A stretch of DNA of 64,000 nt from Aeromicrobium sp. (GCA_035526415.1 DATLCL010000069.1:2461-66460); one strand, 5' to 3'. Shown: positions 20,081 through 29,959, counted from the first letter of the stretch. Program-made: numbers and translations. Notes: a model not told the origin generated them from the letters alone.

Positions 20081-22081
20081 GTGGCCCGCCGCATCACCGG
20101 TACCGGGTCCGTCACCGAACAGTTGCTCCGCTGGATCGGCGCCATCACGATCCTGGGCATCCTGGCCGGGGCGTTCCTGTTCTTCGTGCTCTACTTCCTG
20201 ATCGACCTGCCCGACCCCAACCGCGATTTCGAATCGCAGCGCACGGACGTCTACTACTCCGACGGCAAGCACAAGATCGGATCGTTCGCTGTGCAGGAGC
20301 GCGAGAGCGTTCCCCTGGGCGACGTGTCAGAGCCAATGCAAGCAGCCGTCATCGCCGCTGAGGACCGCACGTTCTACAAGAACCGCGGCATCGACGTCCG
20401 CGGCATTGTCCGGGCAGCGCGCAACAACGCATCCAGCGGCGAGATCACCAGCGGCGGCTCCACGATCACCCAGCAATACGTCAAGGTCCTGTACCTGTCC
20501 CAGGAGCGGTCGTACATCCGGAAGATGCGCGAGGCAATCCTCTCGATCAAGATCCACAACCGGATGACGAAGCAGGAGATCCTCGAGGGCTACCTCAATC
20601 TGATCTACTTCGGCAACGGCGCCTACGGCGTCGAGGTCGCAGCGCAGACGTACTTCGACAAGGACGCCGCCGACCTCGACTACAAGGAAGCGGCCGTGCT
20701 GGCCGCGGCCATCAACCAGCCATCGTCCTTCAACCCCTACTCGCGGGCCGGCCTGGACGCCATCACTCCGCGTTACAACTACGTCCTCACCGGCATGGAG
20801 GAGGCGGGTGCACTCAGCGCTTCTCAAGCGGCCGAAGGCATGGACAACCTGCCGAAGTTCGCCAAGAAGCCCTCGTTCAACCGCTACGCGGGCCCGAAGG
20901 GCCACGTCCTGCGGTTCGTACAACAGCAGATGATCAAACTCGGCTACTCCGAATCGGACATCCTTGGCGGCGGCTACGACGTCGTCACGACGATCGGCTA
21001 CGAGCGCCAGCTGGCCGCGGAGAAGGCGATGGCCACCGTCCCGCCGAAGGGCCTCGACCAGCTGCACAGTGCGCTGGTGTCGATCGCGCCGGGAGACGGC
21101 GCAGTACGCGCGATGTACGGCGGCCCGGACTACACCAAGAACTTCACGAACTGGGCAACCGTCGGAACACAGCCCGGGTCCACCTTCAAGGCGTTCGCGC
21201 TGGTGGCCGCGCTCGAGGATGGGTTCAGCCTCAAGACCCGGCTGAACGGAAGCTCGCCGTACCATGTCGGTGTTGGCCCATACGCCGCGGACATCGAGAA
21301 CCAGGGCGACAGCGGCGGTAAGTCCTTCGGCAACGTCTCGTTGGCATATGCCGCGCAGAAGTCGATCAACACCGCATTCGTCGACCTGACCATCCAGATG
21401 TCCGGTGGCAAGAAGAAGGACCCCAGCCTCGGTGCGAGGAAGATCCTCGAGGCCGCCAATGCCGCCGGCATTCCCAAGGCCTACACGGACAAGATCGATC
21501 CGGTCGCCACGACGCCGCTGGGCTATGCGCCGATTCCACCGATCGAGATGGCCAACGCCTTCGCCACGTTGGCGGCCGGCGGTCTCCGGGCTGACTGGTA
21601 CGTCATCGACCACATCGTGGCGCCCACCGGTGCACGGGTCTACCAGCATGAGGTCAAGACCGAGCAGACGATCCCGGCCGACGTGGCCGGCGATGCCGTG
21701 GTCGCGATGCGTGGTGTGGTCGACAAGGGCACCGGCGTCAAGGCCAAGCTCGGCTGCCCGACCGCCGGCAAGACGGGGACGGCCACGGCCGGCCCGAACG
21801 ACAACCAGCACGTTTCCTCGTCCTGGTTCGTCGGCTACACCCCGAAGGCAGCCACCGCCGTCATGTTCAACCGCGGTGTCGGCAACGAGGATCTCGAGGG
21901 GTATCTGAACCCGTTCTTCGGCGGGACCTACCCGGCCATGACCTTCCGCTCCTTCATGGCGTCGACGATCGACCGGGCGAACTGTGGCGTGTTCCCGAAG
22001 CCGGGCAACATCGTCAACACCAAGGGCAAGATCGAGAAGGACGATTCAGACTCGGATTCGGACTCAGATTCAGACGACTGA
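20081..22081 (+). CDS. ponA: Class A penicillin-binding protein (transglycosylase/transpeptidase)
   Basis: AAEDRTFY, GGSTITQQYVK, RKMREA, YLNLIYFG; transpeptidase STFK, SIN, KTGT; GTG start 20081. Confidence 0.93.
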   Translation: MARRITGTGSVTEQLLRWIGAITILGILAGAFLFFVLYFLIDLPDPNRDFESQRTDVYYSDGKHKIGSFAVQERESVPLGDVSEPMQAAVIAAEDRTFYKNRGIDVRGIVRAARNNASSGEITSGGSTITQQYVKVLYLSQERSYIRKMREAILSIKIHNRMTKQEILEGYLNLIYFGNGAYGVEVAAQTYFDKDAADLDYKEAAVLAAAINQPSSFNPYSRAGLDAITPRYNYVLTGMEEAGALSASQAAEGMDNLPKFAKKPSFNRYAGPKGHVLRFVQQQMIKLGYSESDILGGGYDVVTTIGYERQLAAEKAMATVPPKGLDQLHSALVSIAPGDGAVRAMYGGPDYTKNFTNWATVGTQPGSTFKAFALVAALEDGFSLKTRLNGSSPYHVGVGPYAADIENQGDSGGKSFGNVSLAYAAQKSINTAFVDLTIQMSGGKKKDPSLGARKILEAANAAGIPKAYTDKIDPVATTPLGYAPIPPIEMANAFATLAAGGLRADWYVIDHIVAPTGARVYQHEVKTEQTIPADVAGDAVVAMRGVVDKGTGVKAKLGCPTAGKTGTATAGPNDNQHVSSSWFVGYTPKAATAVMFNRGVGNEDLEGYLNPFFGGTYPAMTFRSFMASTIDRANCGVFPKPGNIVNTKGKIEKDDSDSDSDSDSDD

Positions 22082-22088
22082 ATCGTCC

Positions 22089-23141
22089 TCAGTCGGTGAG
22101 GATGACTGAGTCGAACGTTGTGATGGTGTAGCGCACGGCAGCAGAGACGGTTTCGCCCGGCTCCGGTGGTTTCACCGAGTTCGGCACGAATACCAGGCTG
22201 GACTGCATGTGCGGTGGCTCGGCGAACCAGCGCTGCTTGCCGGCCACGACAAACGGGCTGAGGGCGAAGCCGGCGGCCTCCAAGCCGCCGCGCGCGAGTC
22301 GCTTGGCCCGGTCTGTCGGCGAAGTAACCGTGCGCGGCGCCTCGAGCCCCAGCCCGTGGCTCGTTCCACCAGATAGCACCAGCAGGTAGCCGTCGGCCGG
22401 CATGGCCCGCTGGCGGTAGCCGACCCGCTCGCCGCGAGTCACTTCGTGCACATCGAGCACGGTGGCTCGGACAGACAATGGCTCCAGCGACCCGAGCCAC
22501 AGCGCCGTGCCGATGCGTGCCCGGATGTCCAGCTCCGGACGGCGCTCGCGCAGCTCTGCCAGTTCGCTCGGCTTGAGATGCGAGACGTAGAACGCCGCCG
22601 TCTCCAACTGTGAGGTCAGGAGCTGTCCAGCCCAGCGGTCGGCCTCGGCGAGGTTGGTCGGCATGAGTGGCAGGTGGATGCCGAAACCCTCGACCTTGAC
22701 CTCGGCCACCGCGGTCGCCACGGCGGCGAGTTCGTGCCGATCGACCCCGTGCCGGGCGATCGACGTCTCGCCTTCGATGACGACGCGGACCGGGCTCTCG
22801 GCGGCCGCGGCGATGGCACTGATGTCCTCCAGGCGACTGACCGTGTGAATCACCTGCGGGTCACGCAGCGCCGCGGCCACGTCCGGGCCGGTGAAATACG
22901 GTCGCCAGGGCGTCATCACCAGCACATCGCCGTCGAAGGAACGGCTGGCTTCAACCGCCTCCGGATAGACGCCCACGGCGACTTGGGCCGCCTTCAGTCG
23001 GGCGGACTCGGCGATCAGTCGATCACGGCCGAAGCCGTAGCCGTTGCCCTTGATCACCGGAACCAGCCCGGGGACCTCGACGGCGAAAGCGTCGAGGTGG
23101 CTGTGCCAGCCGGCTGCGTCGACAACAAGGTCGAAGCTCAT
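22089..23141 (-). CDS. Alanine racemase-like PLP enzyme
   Basis: VPVIKGNGYGFG (PLP Lys), RARIGTALW, GERVGYRQ, EPPHMQ; ATGA-coupled to femX. Confidence 0.85.
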   Translation of the reverse strand: MSFDLVVDAAGWHSHLDAFAVEVPGLVPVIKGNGYGFGRDRLIAESARLKAAQVAVGVYPEAVEASRSFDGDVLVMTPWRPYFTGPDVAAALRDPQVIHTVSRLEDISAIAAAAESPVRVVIEGETSIARHGVDRHELAAVATAVAEVKVEGFGIHLPLMPTNLAEADRWAGQLLTSQLETAAFYVSHLKPSELAELRERRPELDIRARIGTALWLGSLEPLSVRATVLDVHEVTRGERVGYRQRAMPADGYLLVLSGGTSHGLGLEAPRTVTSPTDRAKRLARGGLEAAGFALSPFVVAGKQRWFAEPPHMQSSLVFVPNSVKPPEPGETVSAAVRYTITTFDSVILTD

Positions 23142-24283
23142 GCCGCCCCACCGCCCGAGCGCCATTTCATCCACGTCATGAACGCCGTGTACAAGCCGCG
23201 CTTCAACGGCAGGTCCCACTCGCCGAGATATTCCACGGCCTGACCGCCGGTGCCGAGCTTGAACTGCAGCAATCCAGCATGCGGGTCGTCGGCTGAGACG
23301 GTGTCGGTGATTCCGCGCATGTCATAGATGACGGCGCCTGCGTCGCGCGCATCACGCATCATCTGCCACTGGATGGCGTTGGACCCGCGGACCTCGCGCT
23401 TCTTGGTGGTCGACGCGCCATAGGAGTACCACGCATGCGTGCCGACCTGCACCATCGTCGTCGCAGCCACCAGGTCGCCGTCGTGCTGAGCCAGGTAAAG
23501 CCGCAGCCGATCGGGCGCCTCCGTCGTGAGCGCGTCCCACATCCGCTCGAAGTACCCGAGCGGCCGCGGCGTGAACTGATCACGCTCCGCGGTCTCGGCG
23601 TAGATCCGGTGGAAGTCGGCAAGATCGTCGCGCGCTCCCCGGTGCACCGCGACGCCTTCCTTGTCCGCCTTGCGGATGTTGCGTCGCCATTGCTGGTTCA
23701 TGCCGGCCAGGAGGGCATCGTCGTCCAGTGCGTCACCTGTAGCGTCGACCAAGGGAACCCAGAAGTTGTGCCGCGGTTGGCCGGCCGCGAACCCGCCCTC
23801 GGCTGATAGCCGGCGCCAGCCCCACCCGACGAGCGCCTCAGCGACGCCGAGAACATCGGTGTCGCTCTCGTCCGCCGGGACGTCATCCAGGCGAGTCAGC
23901 GCCGGATCAGCTACGGCCGTCTTCAATGTCGGCGCGTGCCATCGCCGGGTGACCACGGGCGGGCCCATCCGGATGGCGAAGGCGCGTTGGCTCTCGAGGT
24001 AGGCCTTCAGCGCCACCAGCTCGCCGTCGAGGCCGGGCCCCATCCAGTCGAGGGCTGGCCCTTCGGGAAGGTAGGCGAGGAAGCGCTTGAGCTTCGGCAC
24101 TTTCCGGTACAGGACGAGACCGGCACCGATGAGGGCGCCGTTCGCGTCGAACCAGCCAAGCGACTCACCGCGCCACTCACTCTTGACCGCCGCCCACGCC
24201 GGGGTCTGAAGGAAGCTCACTGAACCCTGGGTGGCGATGAACGCCAAGTGCTCCGCAACAGTGATCGGCCGGACTGTGGTCAC
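23138..24283 (-). CDS. FemAB/FemX (VanK-like) lipid II aminoacyltransferase
   Basis: SFLQTPAWAAVK, LAYLPEGP, QQWRRNIRKA, YSYGAS, YDMRGI, GLLQFKLGTGG. Confidence 0.92.
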   Translation of the reverse strand: MTTVRPITVAEHLAFIATQGSVSFLQTPAWAAVKSEWRGESLGWFDANGALIGAGLVLYRKVPKLKRFLAYLPEGPALDWMGPGLDGELVALKAYLESQRAFAIRMGPPVVTRRWHAPTLKTAVADPALTRLDDVPADESDTDVLGVAEALVGWGWRRLSAEGGFAAGQPRHNFWVPLVDATGDALDDDALLAGMNQQWRRNIRKADKEGVAVHRGARDDLADFHRIYAETAERDQFTPRPLGYFERMWDALTTEAPDRLRLYLAQHDGDLVAATTMVQVGTHAWYSYGASTTKKREVRGSNAIQWQMMRDARDAGAVIYDMRGITDTVSADDPHAGLLQFKLGTGGQAVEYLGEWDLPLKRGLYTAFMTWMKWRSGGGAA

Positions 24284-24315
24284 GAGCAGAGGTTATCTGC
24301 CGTGGATGCAGCGGA

Positions 24316-24768
24316 CTATCCGGCAACCGTCACCGGGGTGTAGACCCACGGAGCAGGCGCAGATGGAGTGATCAGCAGCGTCATGCCCGCCTCCTTCGGC
24401 GTTCGGTCTGCCTTGCGGTGGTTGCAGCGCAGGCAGGCCGCCACCGCGTTGTCCCAGGTCAGGGTCCCGCCACGGCTGCGGGGCACGATGTGGTCGACGG
24501 TCTCGGCCGTGCCGCCGCAGTACCCGCACATCCGGTCGCGCGCCTTGACTGCGGCTTTGGTGCAGCCGCGCCGATGTCGCCACCGAGCCACGACGTAGCG
24601 GACAAGCCGCAGGACGCGCGGGCGCGGGAACGGGCCGAACATCGCCTCGTCGGCTTCTTCGATGACGGCGACCTCGCGCACCAGCATCTTGATCGCATGA
24701 CGCACGGACACGCGCTGCAGTGGTTCGTAGCTCGCGTTGAGCACGAGGACATCCGTCGCGTGAGCCAT
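24316..24768 (-). CDS. HNH endonuclease (McrA-like, actinobacterial VLVLNASYEPL family)
   Basis: VLVLNASYEPL, RD..CGYCG, TVDHIVPRSRGG..WDN..AAC..CN.RK. Confidence 0.9.
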   Translation of the reverse strand: MAHATDVLVLNASYEPLQRVSVRHAIKMLVREVAVIEEADEAMFGPFPRPRVLRLVRYVVARWRHRRGCTKAAVKARDRMCGYCGGTAETVDHIVPRSRGGTLTWDNAVAACLRCNHRKADRTPKEAGMTLLITPSAPAPWVYTPVTVAG

Positions 24769-24811
24769 GGCCTGCCTTTCTGTCGGAAAGACTACGGCCA
24801 CGCCCGGGATT

Positions 24812-25396
24812 TCAGGCGGAACTTACATCAGCCGGTGCACGACGGCCTGCCTCGGCGAACATGACGCGAAGCTCGGTGAGCACGTCCTCCAGCGGGTCAA
24901 ACGAATGCTCGGCTCGACACAGTGCGACGGCACCTTCGATTGCAGCGACCATGGTCCGGGCAAGCCGGGGCGCACGCGAGGCAGGGACTCCACTGGCCAG
25001 GAAGCTGTCGATGAGCAGTTCCTGCCAGCGGTCAAAGATCCGGACCGCGGTCTCGCGCAGCAGGGGATCCTCCTCGAGCGCGACGGCGAGCACCGGACAT
25101 CCCGAACGGAAGTCGGTGGACTCCAGGACTCCGCGCCACCCATTGGCGAACGCATCGAGGGCGGCGTCTGCGCCGTGCTGTCGCGCGCGCTCGATCAGGT
25201 TGTCGATGCGCGTGCCGATAGCGCTCACCGCCTCGTCGACGAGCTGCCGCTTGCCATCGGGGAAGTAGTGATACGTCGACCCGAGAGGAACGCCGGCTTC
25301 TCGTGCGAGGTCGCGCAGGCTCGTCGACTTCGCTCCTCGGGCACCGACCAAGAGGGCGGCGCCGTGGATCATGCGCGTGCGGGTGTCCTGCGTCAT
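24812..25396 (-). CDS. TetR/AcrR regulator (LmrA/YxaF-like)
   Basis: HTH with GSTYHYFPDGKRQL; GCPV; EGA motif. Confidence 0.9.
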   Translation of the reverse strand: MTQDTRTRMIHGAALLVGARGAKSTSLRDLAREAGVPLGSTYHYFPDGKRQLVDEAVSAIGTRIDNLIERARQHGADAALDAFANGWRGVLESTDFRSGCPVLAVALEEDPLLRETAVRIFDRWQELLIDSFLASGVPASRAPRLARTMVAAIEGAVALCRAEHSFDPLEDVLTELRVMFAEAGRRAPADVSSA

Positions 25397-25417
25397 ACGT
25401 CCATCCTAGGCCAGGCT

Positions 25418-25433
25418 TATGACGATCGTCATA
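25418..25433. promoter_or_regulatory. TetR operator
   Basis: Perfect 16-bp palindrome TATGACGATCGTCATA just upstream of the tetR -10 element. Confidence 0.8.
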
Positions 25434-25519
25434 GCGCGCTGGGCATTGCGTGGCACGCGGTCGACCGAGCGGCAACAAGAGGTAACACGCTCGACACACC
25501 TGCGCCATAGTCTGGCCGG

Positions 25520-27154
25520 ATGGACGACGTTCCCCCGCAGGGCGAAGCAAGCGTCCCAGAGGGCGGTGCCCCCAAGCTCTTCAAGGACTACGGTCCGGTC
25601 GCCGGCTATGACGAGATGTTCGCTGGATCGGCCGACACCGTCCGCGAAACGTACCTGGGTGTCAGCGCGAAGTTCGGGACGATGGGCGCCACCGAGGTGC
25701 GGCACCGGGCCGAAGCGCTGGCATCGGCCTACCTCGATCAGGGCGTCACGTTCGGCGTCGCCGGCGAGGAGCGCCCGTTCCCGCTCGACATCGTCCCCCG
25801 GCTGATCGAAGCCGAGCAGTGGGATGTGGTCGACCGCGGAGTCCAGCAGCGGGTCAAGGCGCTGGAGGCGTTCTTGGCCGACGTCTACGGACCGGGCGAA
25901 GTGTTCGATGACGGCGTCATCCCACGTGCCGTGGTCACGACGTCGCCGCACTTCCACCGTGTCGTCGCCGGGCTCGAGCCGCCGAACGGTGTCCGCATCC
26001 ATGTCGCCGGCATCGACCTCATCCGGGACACCGACGGTGCGTTCCGCGTTCTGGAGGACAACGTCCGGGTGCCGTCGGGTGTCTCCTATGTCATGACGAA
26101 CCGGCGGGCGCTGTCGGCGGCACTCCCCGAGGTCTTCGCCGACTACCGAATCCGCCCGGTCATCCAGTACTCGCGGGCGTTGCTGGCCGCGCTTCGGCGA
26201 TCTGCGCCGGCCGGCATCAGCGATCCCACGGTTGTCGTGCTGACGCCCGGCGTGTACAACTCGGTCTACTACGAGCACGCGCTACTCGCCCGCACCATGG
26301 GCGTGGAGCTCGTCGAAGGCCGCGACCTCATTTGCCGCAGCGGCCGTGTGCTCATGCGCACGACGCGCGGCTTGGCGCCGGTCCATGTCATCTACCGACG
26401 CATCGACGACGACTTTCTCGACCCGATGCAGTTTCGTGCGGACTCCGCGCTCGGCGTCGCCGGCATCATTAACGCCGCGCGGCTCGGTCACGTGACCCTG
26501 GCCAACGCGGTGGGTAACGGAGTGGCCGACGACAAGCTGCTCTATACGTACGTTCCCGACCTGATCCGCTACTACCTCAGCGAGGAGCCGGTGCTCGCGA
26601 ACGTGGACACCTGGCGGTTGGGGGACGCGGAGTCGCGCACCGAGGTGCTCGACCGGCTTGGTGAGCTCGTGCTCAAGCCCGTGGACGGCTCCGGCGGCAA
26701 GGGCATCGTCATCGGCCCGGCGGCCTCGGTGGCCGAGCTCGAGGATCTGCGCCAGAAGATCCTCGCCGATCCACGGGCTTGGATCGCCCAACCGGTCGTC
26801 TCGTTGTCGACGGTGCCGACGCTGGTCGACCAAGGCATCCGGCCGCGGCACGTCGACCTGCGTCCCTTCGCGGTCAACGACGGCGACAACGTGTGGGTCC
26901 TGCCCGGCGGCCTCACCCGAGTCGCTCTGCCGGAGGGCGAACTGATCGTCAACTCCAGCCGTGGCGGCGGGTCGAAGGACACGTGGGTCATGGCCAGGCC
27001 CACGGAGGAAGCGGTAGAGCCGGCGCGTCAGCGGCGCATCCGGAAGACGGCCGTGTCCAGCCAGCAGCAGAACCACGACGACGGACCGGCGGAAATCCAG
27101 CAGCGGCCGCAACAGCAGCAGGTCCGCATGGTGGAACGGGTGTCGCCATGCTGA
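25520..27154 (+). CDS. Circularly permuted type 2 ATP-grasp protein (DUF404/407, Rv2411c-like)
   Basis: ERPFPLDIVPR, GIDLIRD, VLEDNVRVPSGVSY, YRRIDDDFLDP, KPVDGSGGKG, PGGLTRVAL, NSSRGGGSKDTW. Confidence 0.93.
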   Translation: MDDVPPQGEASVPEGGAPKLFKDYGPVAGYDEMFAGSADTVRETYLGVSAKFGTMGATEVRHRAEALASAYLDQGVTFGVAGEERPFPLDIVPRLIEAEQWDVVDRGVQQRVKALEAFLADVYGPGEVFDDGVIPRAVVTTSPHFHRVVAGLEPPNGVRIHVAGIDLIRDTDGAFRVLEDNVRVPSGVSYVMTNRRALSAALPEVFADYRIRPVIQYSRALLAALRRSAPAGISDPTVVVLTPGVYNSVYYEHALLARTMGVELVEGRDLICRSGRVLMRTTRGLAPVHVIYRRIDDDFLDPMQFRADSALGVAGIINAARLGHVTLANAVGNGVADDKLLYTYVPDLIRYYLSEEPVLANVDTWRLGDAESRTEVLDRLGELVLKPVDGSGGKGIVIGPAASVAELEDLRQKILADPRAWIAQPVVSLSTVPTLVDQGIRPRHVDLRPFAVNDGDNVWVLPGGLTRVALPEGELIVNSSRGGGSKDTWVMARPTEEAVEPARQRRIRKTAVSSQQQNHDDGPAEIQQRPQQQQVRMVERVSPC

Positions 27155-28074
27155 GCCGGATCGCTGAATCGCTGTTCTGGATCGGGCGGTACCTGGAGCG
27201 GGCCGACGACACCGCGCGGATCCTCGACGTCCACATGCAGGTCCTCATCGAAGACCCGGGCATGGACGAGACGACGTCGTGCGACCAGCTGCTGAACGTG
27301 ATGGGGATCGAGGACTACGACGGCGTGCCGGATCGGCGCGTGATCCTCTCACTGCTCGCGCACGATCCGGAATCCCCGGCGTCCATCGCCGCGACGATCG
27401 GGGCATCGCGAGAAGCGGCCCGCCGCGCGCGCGAGACACTGTCGACCGACGTGTGGGCGGCGATCAACACAACGTGGCGCGGCCTTGCGACCACCAGGTC
27501 TCTGCGGCCGCCGGATCAGTTTGCCTGGGTGCGCAATCGCATGGCGATGATCACCGGCATCGCCGCCGAGACGATGTCGCGGGACGAGGGTTGGCAGTTC
27601 TACATCCTCGGCCGCAGCATCGAGCGCGCTGACATGACGGCACGTCTTCTCTCGACGGCCGCGTTGGCGCCTGGTCCACAAGTGGCCTGGCCGACGACCC
27701 TGCGTGCGTGCGGCGCCTATGAAGCGTTCATCCGGGCTTACCGCGGCATCGAGGCCGACCGGCAGGCCGCCGAGTTCCTGTTGCTGGACCGCTGGTTCCC
27801 GCGGTCGGTGTTGGCGTCGCTCGAGCAAGCCGAGAGGGCGCTCACCACCCTGGCGACGGTCGGTCAGCGCTCGGGCTTCAGCGACGAGGCATTGCGGCTG
27901 CTGGGTCGCGCGCGGACCGAGCTGGAGTATCGCCCGCTGGACGAGCTCGTCTTCGACCTGCCGGTCGAGATGGAGCGGCTCCAGCGCAGCTGCGCGGCGG
28001 CCACCGACGCCATTGCCGCGCGTTACTTCGCCGCGCACGAGTTCTACGCGTGGACGGGGGGTGTGGTGCTGTGA
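27148..28074 (+). CDS. Alpha-E domain protein (DUF403)
   Basis: MLSRIAESLFWIGRYLERADDTAR; second ER repeat GRSIERADMTAR; FPRS. Confidence 0.93.
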   Translation: MLSRIAESLFWIGRYLERADDTARILDVHMQVLIEDPGMDETTSCDQLLNVMGIEDYDGVPDRRVILSLLAHDPESPASIAATIGASREAARRARETLSTDVWAAINTTWRGLATTRSLRPPDQFAWVRNRMAMITGIAAETMSRDEGWQFYILGRSIERADMTARLLSTAALAPGPQVAWPTTLRACGAYEAFIRAYRGIEADRQAAEFLLLDRWFPRSVLASLEQAERALTTLATVGQRSGFSDEALRLLGRARTELEYRPLDELVFDLPVEMERLQRSCAAATDAIAARYFAAHEFYAWTGGVVL

Positions 28075-28907
28075 TGCAGCTGCGAGTCCGGCACACCACC
28101 GGCTACCGGTACCCCGAGGGTGCCATCGCCTCGTTCAACGAAGCACGGATGACGCCGATGACCACGGCCGACCAGATTCTCCTGCGGTCCCGCGTCGAGG
28201 TCACGCCGACACCTTGGACAACCGAGTACCGCGACTATTGGGGCTCGGTCGTAACAGCGTTCGAGGTCCATGAGCCACATGACGAGCTGCTCGTCGTGGC
28301 AACGTCGACGGTGCAGACCTCGGGCCCGGCTGCCGTCGAGCAAAGGGTCCCGTGGGAGGCCTTGGATGATGTGCGCGATCGGCACGTCGAGTTCCTGACC
28401 GTTTCGGAATGGGTCGCGTCGCCAGCCGACCTCCTGGCTGAGCTCGAGCCGGTACGCGGGCAGGCGGCGACGCCGTCCGCGTATGCCCACGCGGTGTGTG
28501 ACTTCATCAACGATCGGCTCAACTACGTCGAGGGCGCGACCGAGGTCACCTCCACCGGGGCGGACGCATGGGAGGCCCGGTCCGGGGTGTGCCAGGACTT
28601 CGCCCACATCGCACTCGGTGTCCTGCGGTCGGCCGGCATCCCGGCCCGATACGTGTCGGGCTATCTGCATCCGAATCAGGACCCGGAGGTCGGTGAGGAA
28701 GTCGCTGGTGAGTCGCACGCGTGGATCGAGTGGTGGGACGGGGCGTGGATCGGGTTCGACCCGACCAACGACCGGGCCGCCGACGCGCACCACGTCATCG
28801 TCGCTCGCGGACGCGACTACGACGACGTCCCGCCGCTGCGTGGCATCTACTCCACTCGCGGCGGCTCCGAGCTGTTCGTCAACGTCGCCGTCACGCGACT
28901 CGCCTGA
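28074..28907 (+). CDS. Transglutaminase-like protein
   Basis: RVRHTTGYRY, GVCQDFAH (Cys), ARYVSGY, SHAWIE (His), FDPTN (Asp), GRDYDDV. Confidence 0.93.
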   Translation: MQLRVRHTTGYRYPEGAIASFNEARMTPMTTADQILLRSRVEVTPTPWTTEYRDYWGSVVTAFEVHEPHDELLVVATSTVQTSGPAAVEQRVPWEALDDVRDRHVEFLTVSEWVASPADLLAELEPVRGQAATPSAYAHAVCDFINDRLNYVEGATEVTSTGADAWEARSGVCQDFAHIALGVLRSAGIPARYVSGYLHPNQDPEVGEEVAGESHAWIEWWDGAWIGFDPTNDRAADAHHVIVARGRDYDDVPPLRGIYSTRGGSELFVNVAVTRLA

Positions 28908-28926
28908 TTCCGAGCCGATCGCCGAT

Positions 28927-28956
28927 TTGGCCGGAACGCCAAGCCAGTCCTATCCT
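28927..28956 (+). promoter_or_regulatory. Housekeeping promoter of rpsF operon
   Basis: TTGGCC-N18-TATCCT. Confidence 0.6.
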
Positions 28957-29011
28957 TGCGAAGTTGCCCCAACGAATGTGCCCCAAGAAATACGCACAGG
29001 GAAGGCGACGC

Positions 29012-29052
29012 CTCCTGCTGGGGGAGAACCTCAGCCGTCTAGTCCGAAGGAG
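29012..29052 (+). ncRNA. S6:S18 ribosomal protein leader (autogenous control element)
   Basis: Anti-SD CTCCT 29012-16 can pair with AGGAG 29048-52. This encloses hairpin GCTGGGG/CCTCAGC followed by the CCG motif typical of rpsF leaders. Confidence 0.72.
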
Positions 29053-29060
29053 ATCAGCCT

Positions 29061-29360
29061 GTGGCTGACCTGCGCCAATACGAAGTCATGGTCATTCTCG
29101 ACCCCGATCTGGACGAGCGCACGGTCGCTCCCAGCCTCGACACCTATCTCAACGTGGTGCGCCAGTCCGGCGGCAGCGTGGAGAACGTCGACATCTGGGG
29201 CAAGCGCCGCCTCGCCTACGAGATCAACAAGAAGTCCGAAGGCATCTACGCGGTGATCGACCTGAATGCCGAGCCAGCCGCGGTCAAGGAGCTGGACCGT
29301 CAGCTCACGCTCAACGAGTCCGTTGTCCGCACGAAGGTCATCCGGCCGGGCTTCGCCTGA
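29061..29360 (+). CDS. rpsF: 30S ribosomal protein S6
   Basis: [23 protein letters not shown]. Confidence 0.98.
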   Translation: MADLRQYEVMVILDPDLDERTVAPSLDTYLNVVRQSGGSVENVDIWGKRRLAYEINKKSEGIYAVIDLNAEPAAVKELDRQLTLNESVVRTKVIRPGFA

Positions 29361-29458
29361 ACCGACGGTTCGCTGTGGACATGATCCTCGCCGAGTGTCG
29401 GCGAGATGGCGTTCACTAGGCCCTGACACCAAACCTGATTCCTGAAAGTAGGCCTCAC

Positions 29459-29959
29459 ATGGCTGGCGAAACGATCATCACCGTCGTGGGCAACCTGACC
29501 GACGACCCCGAACTCAAGTTCACGCCGAGCGGCGCGCCGGTGGCCAACTTCACGGTTGCCTCCACCCCGCGCACCTTCGACAAGCAGACCAACGAGTGGA
29601 AGGACGGCGACGCGCTGTTCCTCCGCTGCGCGGCCTGGCGTCAGCTTGCCGAGAACGTGGCCGAGTCCCTCACCAAGGGCCAGCGCGTCATCGTCACCGG
29701 CGCGCTCCGGGTGCGTCAGTACGAGCGCCAGGACGGCTCCAAGGGCACCAGCGTCGAGATGAACGTCGACGAAGTCGGCCCGTCGCTGAAGTTCGCAACC
29801 GCCAAGACCACCAAGGCCACCCGTTCGAGCAGCAGCGGCGGTGGCGGCGGTCAGGACTGGGGCGGACAGCCGGCGCAGCAGTCCCCGGCCGCCGACGTCT
29901 GGAACACCGGCGGCGGCAACGCCGGTTCAGCAGGCTCCACCGAAGAACCCCCGTTCTGA
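29459..29959 (+). CDS. ssb: Single-stranded DNA-binding protein
   Basis: [25 protein letters not shown]; C-terminal EEPPF. Confidence 0.98.
   Translation: MAGETIITVVGNLTDDPELKFTPSGAPVANFTVASTPRTFDKQTNEWKDGDALFLRCAAWRQLAENVAESLTKGQRVIVTGALRVRQYERQDGSKGTSVEMNVDEVGPSLKFATAKTTKATRSSSSGGGGGQDWGGQPAQQSPAADVWNTGGGNAGSAGSTEEPPF

Noticed and set aside
24316-24768. HNH gene as IscB/Cas9-like or a mobile endonuclease
   Set aside because: It is only 150 aa, with no RuvC motifs, no room for an ncRNA or array, and no flanking repeats.
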